From Dipteris shenzhenensis (Eukaryota): DNA of 64,000 bases. Below the pieces are notes generated by a model that made no database searches, was not told the origin of the DNA, and saw nothing but the letters and a program-made list of their open reading frames with translations. This document shows positions 49,701-63,296 of the stretch, in pieces. Position numbers and translations under genes: made by a program. Every line of letters begins with the position of its first letter. The stretch's first letter is position 1. The stretch is taken from the NCBI GenBank assembly GCA_047967505.1, contig CM106538.1; one strand, written 5' to 3'.

Positions 49701-50879
49701 ATGAGGGAAAGGTGTCTCCATGGCCTCTCCATACCCCTTAAAAGTTAAACAAGGCAGGGCAATGGAGCTCACATGAGGACATGATGTGCACCCTTGTTGT
49801 GTTCAACACTTTCTTTTCGCTTTGGAAGAAGTGGGCTTTGAGAGTCACGCTTCTTTGAATGTGGAAATTGCACCAAGGTAAATGGTGAAGCACCCACGAT
49901 CTACACCACAGGTTACTGAGGTAGACCGAGCGTAGAGGCAGGTCGTGGATTTCTATGCATTCGACTCATCCCCAAGGCACTCTGAGATAGAGGAGGAGGA
50001 GCTAGCTGACATGAGAGATATATGGATCAATGGAGGGAGCCGACACAGCATTGCCAGAAGAGGGGCGCAAAGATCGTACACGGCGTGACAGGCAACCAGA
50101 GCACACACGATCGAGGTCTGACCTATTTCAGCTCTCCTTAGGGGAGATTGATCGAGGCAAGGCATCACCCTTGACATAGCCCATCGGATCAAGAGATCGA
50201 GGAGACCACGTCCTCCACCACCACGGGAGACATCCCGATAAATGCACATACGTGAGCTCTTTGCATCTCATCAGAGAGCCATAATGGAGCCACGATACGT
50301 GGAGCCGGCTCACGCACTTGGGATTCTAGCTCTGAGCACTTGATATCTTTATGCCACTCTCATGCTATTTTGCTACTTTTTTTGCGATTTTGTACTAGTA
50401 TAGCATTTTAGTACTCAGCAAGGGCCTTAGTGAGCCCTTTGCCCCAGCCCAAAGTGGTCTGTATGAGTTGCTTGATTCCGTACTTTGTCACATAGGCCCA
50501 CAAGGCCTTTTGCGGATGTTAATATTGATAGGCATCGAGTGAGTCATGCCTTTGGCCCCGTCTGAAGGTAGGCATCGAGCGTGCCATGCCTTTGGTGTGC
50601 CGTCACACAGACAAACTATTCCTCTTTTAAACCCCAACAAAGTCACAGAAATCTGAGGATGCCATTCAAGCTTTCACCCACAAGAGGGCCTTGTTCTCCA
50701 CCCACCTCCCCATGAATTGGACCATGGTGAGTTAAAACGTGAACGGGCCTCACGATCGCGATAGCAGCCACAGCAGATGATACTTCATCAAGAGTTATAG
50801 AAGTTTGTAATAAGATGAACAACGGATCTTCTCTTGATTCAAAAGTGCATGTTCTCAACAGCAAATATCAGATGCCAAG

Positions 50880-53800
50880 CCGCCTTCTCCTAGGGAGGGG
50901 ACTTGAGGTTTGGTTTGCCCGCAATAGGCAAGAGGGTTGGAGCCTACTTTTTTGTTCTCATGTGCTAGCCCCAGTTGTTGTCGAACAGGGTGAGCTTATC
51001 ATAGGGCAAGCAGTGTGGATGAATTTACGGGTGGGCGACTCCAAGATTGGGGTCCCAAACATGTATGCCCCAGCTTACAGACAGCAACACCATCGTTTCT
51101 TCACGGCGGCTTATCGAGAGCCTCCTAGATGTTGACCCTTGCATTGTTGAAGGAGACTTCAACAACCTAGAAAGAAAAAAAGAAAGAAAGTTTATTAAAG
51201 TCTTCGGAAGACCGATGGGTCTATGAGATTGTGAAAATCCTGATACAACAAGCTGTGGTAGTGGAGCTACTAAACGAGCATCCATACCAATGCAAAATGC
51301 AAAAATGCAGAATGGCAGTACTAAGTCCTAAGTACAACATAGTCATGTCCATGGTCGACTATATATCAATCTCAGCATCATCATCATCAGCGCCGCAGCA
51401 AGATATTAGAATGGATGAGGCAGTGGAGGCATGAAGTCGGCAATAGAGTGTTGTCGGCCACTCAGAAGTGCGGTCCTGGCACATCTCCTGGTCGTAGCTC
51501 TGCGTCTGACCAAGGCTAGTGTGACCCCCGGAGGGGATGTCCCCAAGTGCGATCTGTGTGTCGATCCTCTGTCTGAGCTGTCGGGTCACAGGCTTCGGGT
51601 CACGGTCATGTTGAGGCCTCGTCTCGTGGGGGTCCATGTGATCTAGCTAAAAGAATTCCATGATAGAGCTCTGAGAGGGATCAGCCGAGGAAGAAGTCTG
51701 CTCCTGTCTCCATGCTCGAAGTATCCTCTCGCGGTGTCTAAGTGCCTCATGAATGAAACTTGCCAAACACCGCTAGTCCGGGTAGGAGAGGAAACGGGCC
51801 AAAATCCCATAGCTATCCCTGAAGAGGCAGTGGAAACGCCCTTGGATCTCATAGTAAACAAGACACTTGAAGATGAAATGCTCCTCTGTCTCAACCTCCT
51901 GCATGTCACATAGTGTGCATATGTGCCTCTCCTTGGGTAGTCGCTCTGCTCTGCCGCTCTCAATGCGAAGTCTGTGTGAAGAGACCCAGAACTACCTAAG
52001 AGAGACCCTTAGCGAGTGGGGTAGGTGGATCTATGTGTATCCTAGTGGATCAATGAAACCCTCCACTGTGATATGTAAGAAGTGATCTCTATAGAAGCTA
52101 AGCTTCACTGGGAGTTCACTTGGTCCCAACTAGGTCCGAAATGTGCGCAGCTGTAGTAGATCCTCACGAATAACCTAGTTGACCTCATGTCATAGGAGGG
52201 GAGAGAACGGAGCATCCATGCTGTAGTGGAAGGGAGGTAGTCTATCCATGTGAAGCCCCAGTGGCTCAAACCATCTCTCTGTACGTGCATACCAACACCT
52301 CTGGTCCCCTCTTGTTGCAAGTGCCATAGAAGAGGATAGAGCTATCCATGGTAGCCTGCTACGCCCCGAGGTGTAATCCCCATATTCCCTAACTCGGTAC
52401 AGGTACGTGATGACCTGAAATGCGGCATCTAACTATAAAGGGGGTGACCCAAACTCAGCCTGAATGATCTGATGAGGAATGGATGGCTTACCACGAATCA
52501 TCCGTGATAACATGAGAACCTGTAGCTGCTCCACGTGGGCCCACTCTATATCCGACAAGTCTGGCCCCCAACAAGGGTTGCCGTACATCCCCGCTGGGCG
52601 AACCAAGGAGTCAAAAAGCAAACCCTTGGTGCATGGATCCTGAAAGTGTGAGCGGAAGCACTGCCTCTCTAGTCTGGCCAATGAAGCATACCCTCTGCTC
52701 AAGCGTGCCTGCATCGCGGGTCTCATAGTGAAGCTGGGTCTAGAAAAGATAACCCTAAGATAAGTGTATGATCAAACTATCTCAACAGGTGACCCCTCAA
52801 ATGTGAACTGCTCCTGACGCACGATGGCTCGAGATGTATTGAAGATCATGACCTTGGTTTTACCCAGGTTCACCTTCAAATCATGAGACTCACAAAAGGA
52901 CTGTAGTGCGTCTAGGTGTCTCTGGAGCCCCTTTGCCGAGGAAGACAAGAGAGCCACATCATCTGCGTAGAGCAATATCCGGATCAGCGTGCCCACAAGA
53001 GAGCAACCTACACCCCCCTCTGTCTGCATCACAGGCCAAACAAGGTAGGCGACAAAGGACACCCTTGTTTGATCCCGTTGGTGCTCATGATCTCGTCTGT
53101 CCATCCAAATCCTGCACGAACTCTGCCTAACTCTCTCGTAAAGTGCCATGACGGCCCAAATGATCTCCTGGTCATAACCCAAGTCCAATAGACGCCGTAT
53201 GAGGCGGGCTCTCGGAACCGTGTCAAATGCCTTGCGGAAATCCACAAAGCAACAATAAACCCTCTGCTTCTATGCCCTCGCCTCCTCGATGATACATCTG
53301 AGCGTGAGAATGTGGTCCATAGTTCCATGATCACGCCGGAATCCGGCCTGTCTTGCTGCTCTAAGTCCTCGACACTCTGCAAATATGCTAACCTCGGAGT
53401 CAAGTACTGATGAATAATCTTGGACATGACATGTCCAATCATAATGGTCCTGTAGTTCTCCGGGCTCATGGGATCCCCTGCCTTGTGGATGGGTGAGATA
53501 GTGTTAATGGTCCAAGTGTGTGGAAACCCCAAACAAACAGCTTCATTAAAAAGCTTTGCTAAGATCGGGGCTAGGATGTTAATCCCATATGCAATGAACT
53601 CAGTGCATAACCCCTCATGATCCTTCGCTCAGCCATTATAAAGTTTCATTACGGCATCCTTTACCCCTCCTCTAGTGAAGAGGGTGCAGGATGTGGGGTG
53701 AGGCATGTGTGAGAGATTAGGGACTGGCTGATTTGGGATGTCATAAAGTGTGCGTGCATAATCAAACCAGATCTGAGTATCAGTGAGTGGCGGAGGGACC

Positions 53801-56800
53801 GTCCTTCTAGAAATCTCCGCCAGAAGTCCTTAGATTTGTTACTAAACAAAATGTTCAGTAGCTCCTCTTCGTTCCGACGAACGAAGTCTAGTTTCTTTCT
53901 CCGTACCAGTCTACGGTACTCGCGTAGCGTATCTGGTGTGCTTAGAAGATTGTTTTTGTTTCGAATCTAAGCTGACGGCGTAAAGCCGTACACTCATCAT
54001 CGTACCAACTATTACAGGGTACGGTCCCAAGGGGTGGTGGATGGGTGGAGCGGGTGGTGTGGAGGAAAGCGTGAATGGCAACCTCGTGTAGTGAGTGGGT
54101 GACAAGGGCAGCACGATCCTCTAAAAGGGGTATGAAGTCAATATAAGCGAGAAGTATGTATAGACAGCCAGAGTAAGGAGGTGAATGATCCCGATCAAAG
54201 CGTATATCGTGGTAGGTGGAGTAAGAACTGAGTGGGATGGAAGGTGCTGTGTGAAGAGGGGTGGAGATGCTAAAGAAAAGGTATGTATGATCAGCCCCCG
54301 GGGGGAGAGGTGCTACAGTGAAGTCAATGATGCCAGCTGTAAAGGCAGGGGATCCCATGATGTAATCAACAACACTAGAGCCCCCCCATGTGGAAAGCAT
54401 GTGAAACCACATGAGGCGGGCCACTTGTCAAGACCATTGTAGATAATGAGATCATGTATCCTGCCGAGGTCTAATAGAGCCTGCCCATAAGATGAGAATG
54501 GACCTTCCTGTCAGCCGAAACCCGTAGCATACCTATCTCCTCAAGGTCAATATCTGGCAATAGAGTAGAATCATCTCTGAAGTCAAGAAGTGGTACCTGA
54601 CACGCCCTTATCCTCGCGTTGAAGTCCCCCACTAGGAGGACTTCTCCACGGCTAGAGAAGTCAACGATGGACTGATAAAGAGTAGCAAATGGGGATGTAT
54701 CATCATTACCTCGGATATCTCTGTCAAAGTGGGAGGTCTCAGGGGGGAAGTAGCAAACTGCGACAAACAGATCCCGGCTGTCTATGTGCCGAATCCGGAT
54801 CCAAAGAAATCTAGAATATGTATCTCTCTCCTCTACTGAAATGGTCCCCAGAAGTGTGGATCTGAAAAGGAATGCAACTCCACCTGAACCTCGAACTCCT
54901 CATGTACCCCTAATCTCATCTCTGTAGGCAGACTCCCATGTATATCCGTTGACTATTGGAAGAGGGCGCTCTGGACTCTAATGTGTATCTGTATAAAAGA
55001 CTGTCGTGACCTGTATAGGATTCTGAGAAGTTCCCTGGTTCTGACCATTATGGTGCAGGACAGGGTCTCAGAAATCTGAGTCTCATAGATCCCGCTTCCC
55101 TATGTAGGGGAGGGGACACGTGCACTACGGGGGCCTGTAAGAAGTCGTCCCTCTCGTACCACTGCCCACTTCCCCTCCTTTCGGGCCTGATCCCGCTACT
55201 ACAGCAAGGAGCACTTCTCCTCAACCTGTAGAGGTGTGAGGTCATCATCCATAGAGATCGCCGGCTGATCTCGAAGGACTAACCTACATCGTAGAGCTAA
55301 AAGTCGTGCCTGAGTGTCATGGAACCGTATGATCAGGGGTTGCTCTCGGTTGGGATCTCTCTCCACCCGCCATGCCCTCTCTATCCTGTGCTCAGTCACT
55401 CCTAGGGTAGCGGCCACGAACGCAGTCGCATCTGCCATCGGTGTAGCCTCAGTGCGTGGGATCCCACGTAGTCTGATGTTGAGAGCCTTACTAGCTCTCT
55501 GCTACTGCTCCATGAGGGTAGCCAAAACGGTTACCCTTGCGGGTTCCCCTTTGGCCACGTCAACCCATCTAGATGTCTTCTCAATAGCAGATTGCATGCT
55601 CATAATCTGTGCCTCGACCATCAGGGTACTCCCTAGGACAGTGTGTATGGCTGTGGCCTCCTGTCGGAGCTGCATGATATCATGTCTGAGTCCCTGAATG
55701 AGGCCAGCCTGCTCCCGAATGGCCCTAGCCTGCTCCTGTATGATGCGGCTCTGCTCCTGGTTGAAGCGGACATGCTCTCGTGCAAAACGAGTCAGCTCCA
55801 TCTCACGCTCACGAAAACTATGTATCTCCATGAGCAGGGTCTCACAGGCCTCTGGCGTATCAGCCCACCCATGTCCAAGCTGAAACTCTGATGACTGAGG
55901 CATGAAAGTGTGGGACTGAGTCCGAAAACTCGACGGTGACTGAGTGAACTGGGTGAGGAACGAAGATGACAGTGGAATGCATGAGGTAGTCCCAACGGGG
56001 TGTGGAAGCGTGGGCTGACTGAGAGGGAGAGGGGAGAGTGAAGTGTAATGCAGAACAGTGTATGACACCTCCGAAGTAGGGGTCATAAGCGGTGCGAGGG
56101 CTGTAATAGGAGAGGAGGGGAAGGGAACAACCGGCGCCATGGGCATGAGTATGTCACTGTATCATAGATGTAGAGGAAGTTGAGGCTGGAACTGGAGCTG
56201 AGCCTGAAGTGGGGGCTGAAGTCAAAGTAGAGATAGAGATAGAGGGAGCTGAGGCTGGAACTGAAATTGAAACTCAAACTGTAGCGGGAGCGAGGTCGAG
56301 GTAGAGATAGAGGCTGAAGAGGCTGAGGCTGGTCTTGCCTTTGCTTTGCTGTCTACCCCGAGTGTCCACTTCGGTAGAGCCTCCTTTTTAGGGATGATTG
56401 TGGCTGGGAGGAGCACATAGGAGTAGTTCATCTTTGCGGTCAATGGTCGTGACCCCTAAAGATAGGTGAACTTTTATAGACTTCCGGGCAACCTTCCCTC
56501 TCCTTTGGTCAACAGAGGCATGACGACCTATTAGAGTGTCTTGATAGGTTTTATATAAGGGATGGGGGGATGCACAAATGAGGAGCCCCGGGAATTTTGG
56601 CAAGTGCAACGATGTATGATGCATGGACTCCCATAGAAGAGGTTTTATATTCCAATTGCCTTATTCTAGGAGAAGAACATTCAGCACTCAATTACAGAGG
56701 CAATAGCCAAAGAGCCCTCCTGGGGGCGGTTGGGCTACTGGATAGCATACGCGATTCAAAGGAGCATTGAGGAGCTCCAATCCCAAGCTCTTCATTTGAC

Positions 56801-59285
56801 GGTACTCTCTTCAAGAGCGAGAGAGCATTGATGAGACAGAATCTGGCTTTCATAAGCGACTCAAAGAGCATGACCTAGTCTCACGGTGGGTCACAAACCG
56901 ATTCAAGAGTGCGAGGCTTGACCTTCAGGCCACGGAGATCCATCAAGATGAGTTCTCTTATCGATCTTCCCAAGCACGGTGGGTACAGCAAGGAAACAAG
57001 ATGACCAGGCAGTTCTTCCAGACGATTGGCCCCCATTCAACACGGACGCAGCTTCAGCGACTACAAAATCAAAGCGGATAGTTGCAATCGAACGCAGAGG
57101 AGATCCTAGAGATGACCACAAACTTCGATTGGCAATTGTTCCAGTCCAAGGTGTCACCCCCAAGGTTCTCTCATAAGGCAATATGGACTCATATCCTAAT
57201 AGTGGTCTCTCTGAGTATAGGAGATTTGGGAGGCCCTCCCCCCTCAAAAATTCCTTGGGGAGGATGGATTGACACAATTCTTCTTTAGGTTCTTCTGGGA
57301 GCACATTAACACCCCTTATGTTGGCTTTCCGCAAGATTTTCGACTCTGGCTCTCTCCCTCAATCCTCAAGTCGTGGTTGGATTCATTTGATTCCAAAGGG
57401 GGGGGATAGGTATGACATTCGCCAATGGAGACCGATTACTTTGCTGGATACTGCTTACAAGGTCTTTGCAAACATCTTGAGCTTGCAGTTGCGACCCACC
57501 TCACTGATATCATTAACAACACACAAACAGGTTTTGTTCAAGAATGCAATATCTTGGACAACATCTTCACCTTTTGGGAGGCAGTTGGCTAGGCCCGCCG
57601 AGAGGAGTCTTAGGCTATTCGAGGGTCTTGGCTATGTATGCAAGGAGTGCAAGTCGAATGCTCATTGTTAGCCCTACAGGGGAGGCCTTTGCTCTTTCCC
57701 TCTTTGTTCAGCAAGGTTGCCTCCTAGCTCCCTTCCTTCGACTCTTGGTGGTAGAGGCTACACTCTCTGGCAGTAGGCCTTAATGGGATGCAGCTCAACC
57801 CGTCAAACGAAGGGTCTCGTAGATGACACGGTTCTCATTGTGAAGGGTTGGTGAAGAGCGTAGAGGGGGTCCAAAGAGCCCTAGAGACCCACTATTTGGC
57901 CTTGGGTGCTAAGATCAACTGGACCAAATCGATCGGCTTTCTCAAGTAGCTGAGGAGGTTCAGGAGATCCAAGATTTGGGGGGCTGTACTTGAGGGGTGC
58001 TTTCACATATGCCTCATTGATTAGCTCAGGCGGCTAGTGTGCAATTTGTTATGGGCAGATTCGGGTGGTACAAGACATGGGGCAAGTCCGACATGCCCGA
58101 GGGACTTCGAGAGGCAACCGCTTAAATGGGATCCCGAGGTTCATTGCAACAGCACACACACATTAATTGGGCCCAATGGGATAGTGGACCAGCTAGGTTC
58201 TTTGGGACTTCAAGATGCCTTCCTATAGCGGTGGAGTCATGAGGGTAGGCACTCTCTCATCTGAGGGGGGCAGGCACACGAATGGCAAAGATCGATGCAA
58301 TCCTTGAGGCAAGGTGGGAGGCATTGTGCAGTGCCTCAAACCCTCATCCTTGGTACGGATAGTTTTGGAGGAGCCGGGTGCCTATCAGAATTTAGTTTTT
58401 GCAGCAATCCCTTGGCTCCTACTAGTGCAGACTCTACAAAGTGGAGATTGGAGACCTTCTTCAGCCCAAGGACAATGGCAGACCGTGAGGCGGATGAGAT
58501 TTTGGACTCTCTTGAGTGGCAGAGGCTCAGTGTACTGGGCCGCTTGGGTAAGTTTGACCTAGTCCCGGTCTTCACAGGATAAGAGGGGGCACAATGGCGC
58601 CTTTGGTTATGGGAGGGCCAGCCTCTTCGGGAGATTCAGTAGGATCCGGGTGGTTCTAGCTCGCACGAGTAAGGCATGCAACAAGACTCCAATTGGGGGA
58701 TGGTCGCGCGGCTAATAGAGGGGGTCATGTCTTCTCCATTGATCCAGCCTCTCCAGCATATACGATCCAGTGCCAACGGGTATTCAGGATAGAGGCACAA
58801 GAATGTGGCGCCTCCTCCCCACCTACCCATTGCCTTCGCTAGAGGATAGTGTATGGGAGACGGTGTCCACCATCACTACCTAGAACATCTGGATCGCCTG
58901 CTACAGTTTGGTGATGGAAGGCATCAGGTTCCCCTAGTAGCCACCCTTGTAGCCATCTAGCAGGATATCATTTACACCTTGCGCAATGCAAGACCTCATG
59001 GTCTAGGGCAACCACCGAAAGGAGGGAGCGCTTTTGCAAGGCTTGGCCTGCAAGTATTTTCTATGTTCTTACTGAGTGGAGGATTTGCTGGTTGTATAGA
59101 CCTCAACCCTGGTTGTTAGCCCTTGTTCCAAAGATTTCCTAGGCAATGAGCTAGGTTCTCTGGAGACACAATACTTTTTCTGACAGCCAGTGTTTCTCTT
59201 TTCCATAATCAACACCTTTCAGATTGCTAATTTGTATGGTTGTTTTTTCAAGCATAAATAGAATCTCTTTTCTCTGGAAAAAACA
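50880..59285 (+). mobile_element. Old degenerate L1 (50880-51171 + 56375-59285) split by a long RTEX copy
   Basis: NMYAP..EGDFNN before the insertion. DRFY, LIPKGG..QWRPITLL, QQGCLLAP, WRLWLWEG and the 3' AATAGAA motif with A-tail after it. Confidence 0.8.
51172..56374 (-). mobile_element. Near full-length RTEX-type LINE (ORF1 + ORF2), decayed
   Basis: ORF1 has a coiled coil and NIRLRGIP..IERAWRV..PLIIRF..ISMDDDLTP. ORF2 has APE (GSGGVAFLF, GDFNAR), RT and zinc finger. (TTTC)n tail and a possible 4-bp TSD TAGA. Confidence 0.92.
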
Positions 59286-60584
59286 AAGTATGCTTTACTT
59301 CTTTGTATATTTGTTTGAGCACTTTTTCTCAAATGTAGAAAAGTTACCTTGCTAACATTGAAGTCATCTTTATCTGTGTGACATAGACGGCTTGCAAGAG
59401 ACGTATTTCTTGAAAAGGTGGAGACTCAATCATTGTTAGTTTTGCAAGACTTGTGTACAGTGTCAAGCATGCTTCATCTAATAGTTACTGAAGATTGTGC
59501 ATTGCAACTATACTTGGAAGATATCAAATTTGAGGGGAGAAAGCACGTGTTCTCCACATTGCGAGCTGAGGATGGTAAAGCAAATATCAAGGTAGAAAGA
59601 AGAGGAGATGGCACCCCTCAAAATTTGTTAGAGCTTGACCTTCCACACACATGACAATCTTTGGGTAAGCAATCTAGTGCTATTCACTGCCCCAAAAAAT
59701 ACACATGTCTTACAGGTTTGCACTTCTCACATGATTCCTGATTGTAATGTTGTTTACATGATTGTCCTTAAGGTATCCTTTTTATTTGATGATAGAGAAA
59801 ATGATACCCAAGTTACCGAAATCATGTGAGGGTGGATAGAAAATTGCAAATCCCACACTTTGCATATCTCCATTTACCATGCATTCAGTCATGCAACATG
59901 AACTTGCCATGCATTCACTCACGCAACCGGAACTTGCCAATTGCCCATGGTGGATAGACTTCACAACTGGACCTGTCCTGACAAGAGAGGGGGACAATTA
60001 GATGGAATCTGCCTCCAAGAAAAAGATGATTGAGGCCAACTCTGGGTAACTAAAGCATCAAATATCTACATGACAAATAAAGGCATCAACTGGAAGAATA
60101 GGTGAAACAAGAATTTGATTGCATGGCAATTGCTTGCTTTAGTTAGTTATTTTGGTGGATATATTAATATTTACTTCTTGAGATTAGTTATTTTGGTAGA
60201 TATGTTGATATTTACTTCATGGTAATTTGTTTTAATTATAGGGATTGATTTGGATAGTTTTGCATAAGAGCAAATCGAGGAGGTCTTAAAAGATGAATTA
60301 TTTTGTCGTTTTCATGACACAAAAAATTAAAGTAGCAAAGATTGTCACCTATTATGTATGGGTCATGGTTCCAATGCCATGTGAGGATGTTTAGTTGAGA
60401 GTATATCTCCATGGGAGTTCACTTTGCATCTGGCAAGCAGAATTCAATGTACTCAAAAATACATTTCTGCTGCTTGTCAATGGCTTCCAATGATCGGGTT
60501 TTCATCAGGATGGGTAAAAAAGTCAAGTGGGCTTCAGATTTCGTGCTTTTGGATTTCCCTTTAGGAAAAATTAGAGAGTGGTGT

Positions 60585-62116
60585 TGATGTCACGGGGACG
60601 TGAAGTTATGAACCGTGACTTACTTTGGCTTAGGGGGCTAGCCCAGGGGAAGAGACACTTCCCAAAAGTCCCTAGGTGCACACACTAGGCCTACTTGCTA
60701 GGGGCAAGGCAAGGCTTAGAGGAGTCTTAAAGTTAGGCCCAAGGAAACCAATGTTTCATTGGTTAGAAGGGGTTAGGATTTTAATGTGAGGGGCAAACCA
60801 ATGTTCCATTGGTTTGCAAGGGTTAGAGCTTTAATGAGGGGGCCACGTGGCATTCCCTCATGCATACCTACCCTCTTCCTCTCCTTCCAAGGCAAATGGT
60901 ATGGCCTTTCAACGCAGGCTGTACGGGATCTTTCACGTTGCACGAATCCCAAGGCGCTTTGATCATTGGCTGTACGGAGTCCTACGCACGCTGCATGATG
61001 TACGGCTATTGCACGCTCCTCGAGGCCACCGTACGGCTGTACGGACCTGCTGTTGGTGATTTGAAGCAGCCGTATTGCTGGACAGGCTACTGATCGAGGC
61101 TCGCTGCAAGTGTACAGGCTGCTGCACGACTCCCAAGGTCTTAATTGCTGGCTGTACAGACAGATGCATGCTTTTCTAGGCTGATTGTATGGACCTTTCA
61201 CATGCTGTTGTACAGGATCCAAGGCGGACTGTATGGATGATTTTCCTGCTAGTACGAGTGATTTTGCTGGCTGTACGGACGTTTATTTGCTGGCTGTACA
61301 GACGTCATTAATGCTGCTGCTGCTGCACGGATTCCAAAGACTGCTGTATGGATGTTTATTTCCTGTTGTACGGCCCCTTTCCCTTGCTGTACGGCCTGTT
61401 TATCTTCTCTTTCCTACCCGTGATCCTCCTGCTCTTTCTCTCTCTCTGATTCCAGCTCGTAATCCCTCTCTTCCTTCCCCTCTCCTAGCTGCCTGTTACT
61501 CCGGCTAGCCTCAACACTGGATGTGTTGCTTCTGGAGGTGTTTCGGAGCTGAATTGAAGTCAATTGAAGCTGGTTTGAGTTCTCTTGTCGCTATCCTTTT
61601 CATGTGATTGCATTTGGAGATTTTTGGGAAGTGTCTGGATGCCTGGTCATTCACAGTTGGTTACAGTCTTTGTGAAATGTTTGGATACTTTTACAGTTGG
61701 TCATGGACAAATGGTGAATGCCTTAGCTTTGCCTTAGCACTTGGGTGCTAGTGTGTGCACTAGGATGGAATGCATCCAAGGTTTGGCTTGGATAGTGGAA
61801 TTGCCCGTGGGGCAGAGCACAAGGAAGAGCCCTTGTTGTATGTACCAATTTCATTCCTAAAGAAATAAATAAATACCGGAAGGGGCGCCAAGTGTTTGGG
61901 GGCAGTGTGGTGTCTTGTACTTGGTTTTATTGAGCAGGGGCATTCTAGCCTCCATCTAGTTAGTTCTCAAGTTGTTTCTAAATGGTATTGTTTAAAGTTA
62001 AGTGGTTGGAAATGATGCAATGTGGCTGTGAATAATGAATATGCAATGCAAGTTATGGTCTACTACCCTTTAGGAAACTTAAGGCCGGTTTCAGTGGTTC
62101 CATTGCCGGGATATCA
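60585..62116 (+). repeat. Putative 5' LTR (about 1.53 kb) of a Gypsy-type element, with an internal GCTGTAC(G/A)G array
   Basis: Imperfect inverted termini TGATGTCACGG / CCGGGATATCA, followed by a gag-like ORF. No canonical PBS, and the second LTR is not in the window. Confidence 0.65.
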
Positions 62117-62250
62117 CCATCTTCCTACAGAGGTGAGCCCTGGGAGTGTTGGGTGAAGAAAGCCCCATTGCATTTTTGTTACAGCCATATCATCAACAAT
62201 CATGTTGCACTGCAAGAGATCACTGACTAGCTCCGAGCAGGAAGACAGCT

Positions 62251-63296
62251 TTGAGGATGGAGCACAACACCAGTGAGGGTGAAGAAGAGCAAAATGATGA
62301 GGGACAGCATGTTTCTCCTGAGCATGCCACTGAGGATTCGCAGGACGAGTTAGATGAGTCAGAGGAGCTTGATCCCAATGCCCTTTTTCAATTACAAATG
62401 CAAAGTGCAGTGGAAGCCCTGTCACAGCTGCAACAGACTTTCTTGGAGATTATGCAAGCTTATCCTGGTGGTAATGCTCCCCCTGGAAGCAAAAAGACAG
62501 CTGAGAAGAAGCAGACAAAGCATAAGACGACTCAAAGGCATGTATCTTTTAGTAGACAGCCACCAGAGATGCCCACAGTCACCCCTGTAGCGGGTAATGT
62601 CAATACTTTTCATTCAGTTAATCAAGGACAGCAAGTCCTTCCTCAGCCCATGAAGCCTCCAGGATATTTTGGCGGAGGATCGGTTTTTCAATCAATGGTG
62701 GGACAGCCCACCAAAGGGCTTCGTATGCCTGGTACATACTTGGGTAGTTTCCAGCCAGGAATGCAGAATTTGCAGCAGCATATGGAGGGTGGAATGCTCC
62801 CTGCAAATGCCAATATGATGTATGCAAACATAGGGATGCAACCCGGTATGCAGACAGGGATGCCAGGAATGATAAGCAACACTTGGAGTGTGCCACAGAT
62901 GCAAGGAATGGGATCTGGAATGGTCAACCCCACTATGGGCACAGGCGATATGGTACAGAATATGGGATCCACGAAGCCTCCACCATATTTACAGCCCCCA
63001 GTCAGGATGACTCTTTCACGAAAAGGAAATTTGCCAAGACAACCAAAGTCAAGCTTGATGTGGACCAGCGACCTAATTGTAAGCCCAGTACCAGAGAGAG
63101 ATTGTCTCCTGAGGAACGGCAAGCCCTATTTGAAGCTGGAAAGTGTTTCCTTTGCAAAGAAGCGGGCCATCATGCCAAAGATTGCCCCAATCGTAAACGG
63201 AAACAACCTATGGGAGCACAAGAAGTAAAAGGACAGCCACACGTGCTAGAAGATTTGTTTTCCTTTGGTAGAAAGCACGAATATTGGTATGCATGA
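62251..63296 (+). pseudogene. Gypsy-type gag remnant: acidic N-terminus, Met/Gly/Pro/Gln-rich region, frameshift, CCHC knuckle
   Basis: LSPEERQALFEAGKCFLCKEAGHHAKDCP. No capsid core recognised and no pol in the following 700 bp. Confidence 0.7.

Noticed and set aside
56150-56374. 5' ribozyme at the RTEX start
   Set aside because: Only a small hairpin followed by low-complexity Ser/Thr/Ala hexamer repeats. This is probably ORF1 sequence with slight 5' truncation.
60918-61395. CRISPR-like repeat-spacer array
   Set aside because: Repeats are only about 9 bp, degenerate and irregularly spaced, in eukaryotic LTR context with no cas genes.
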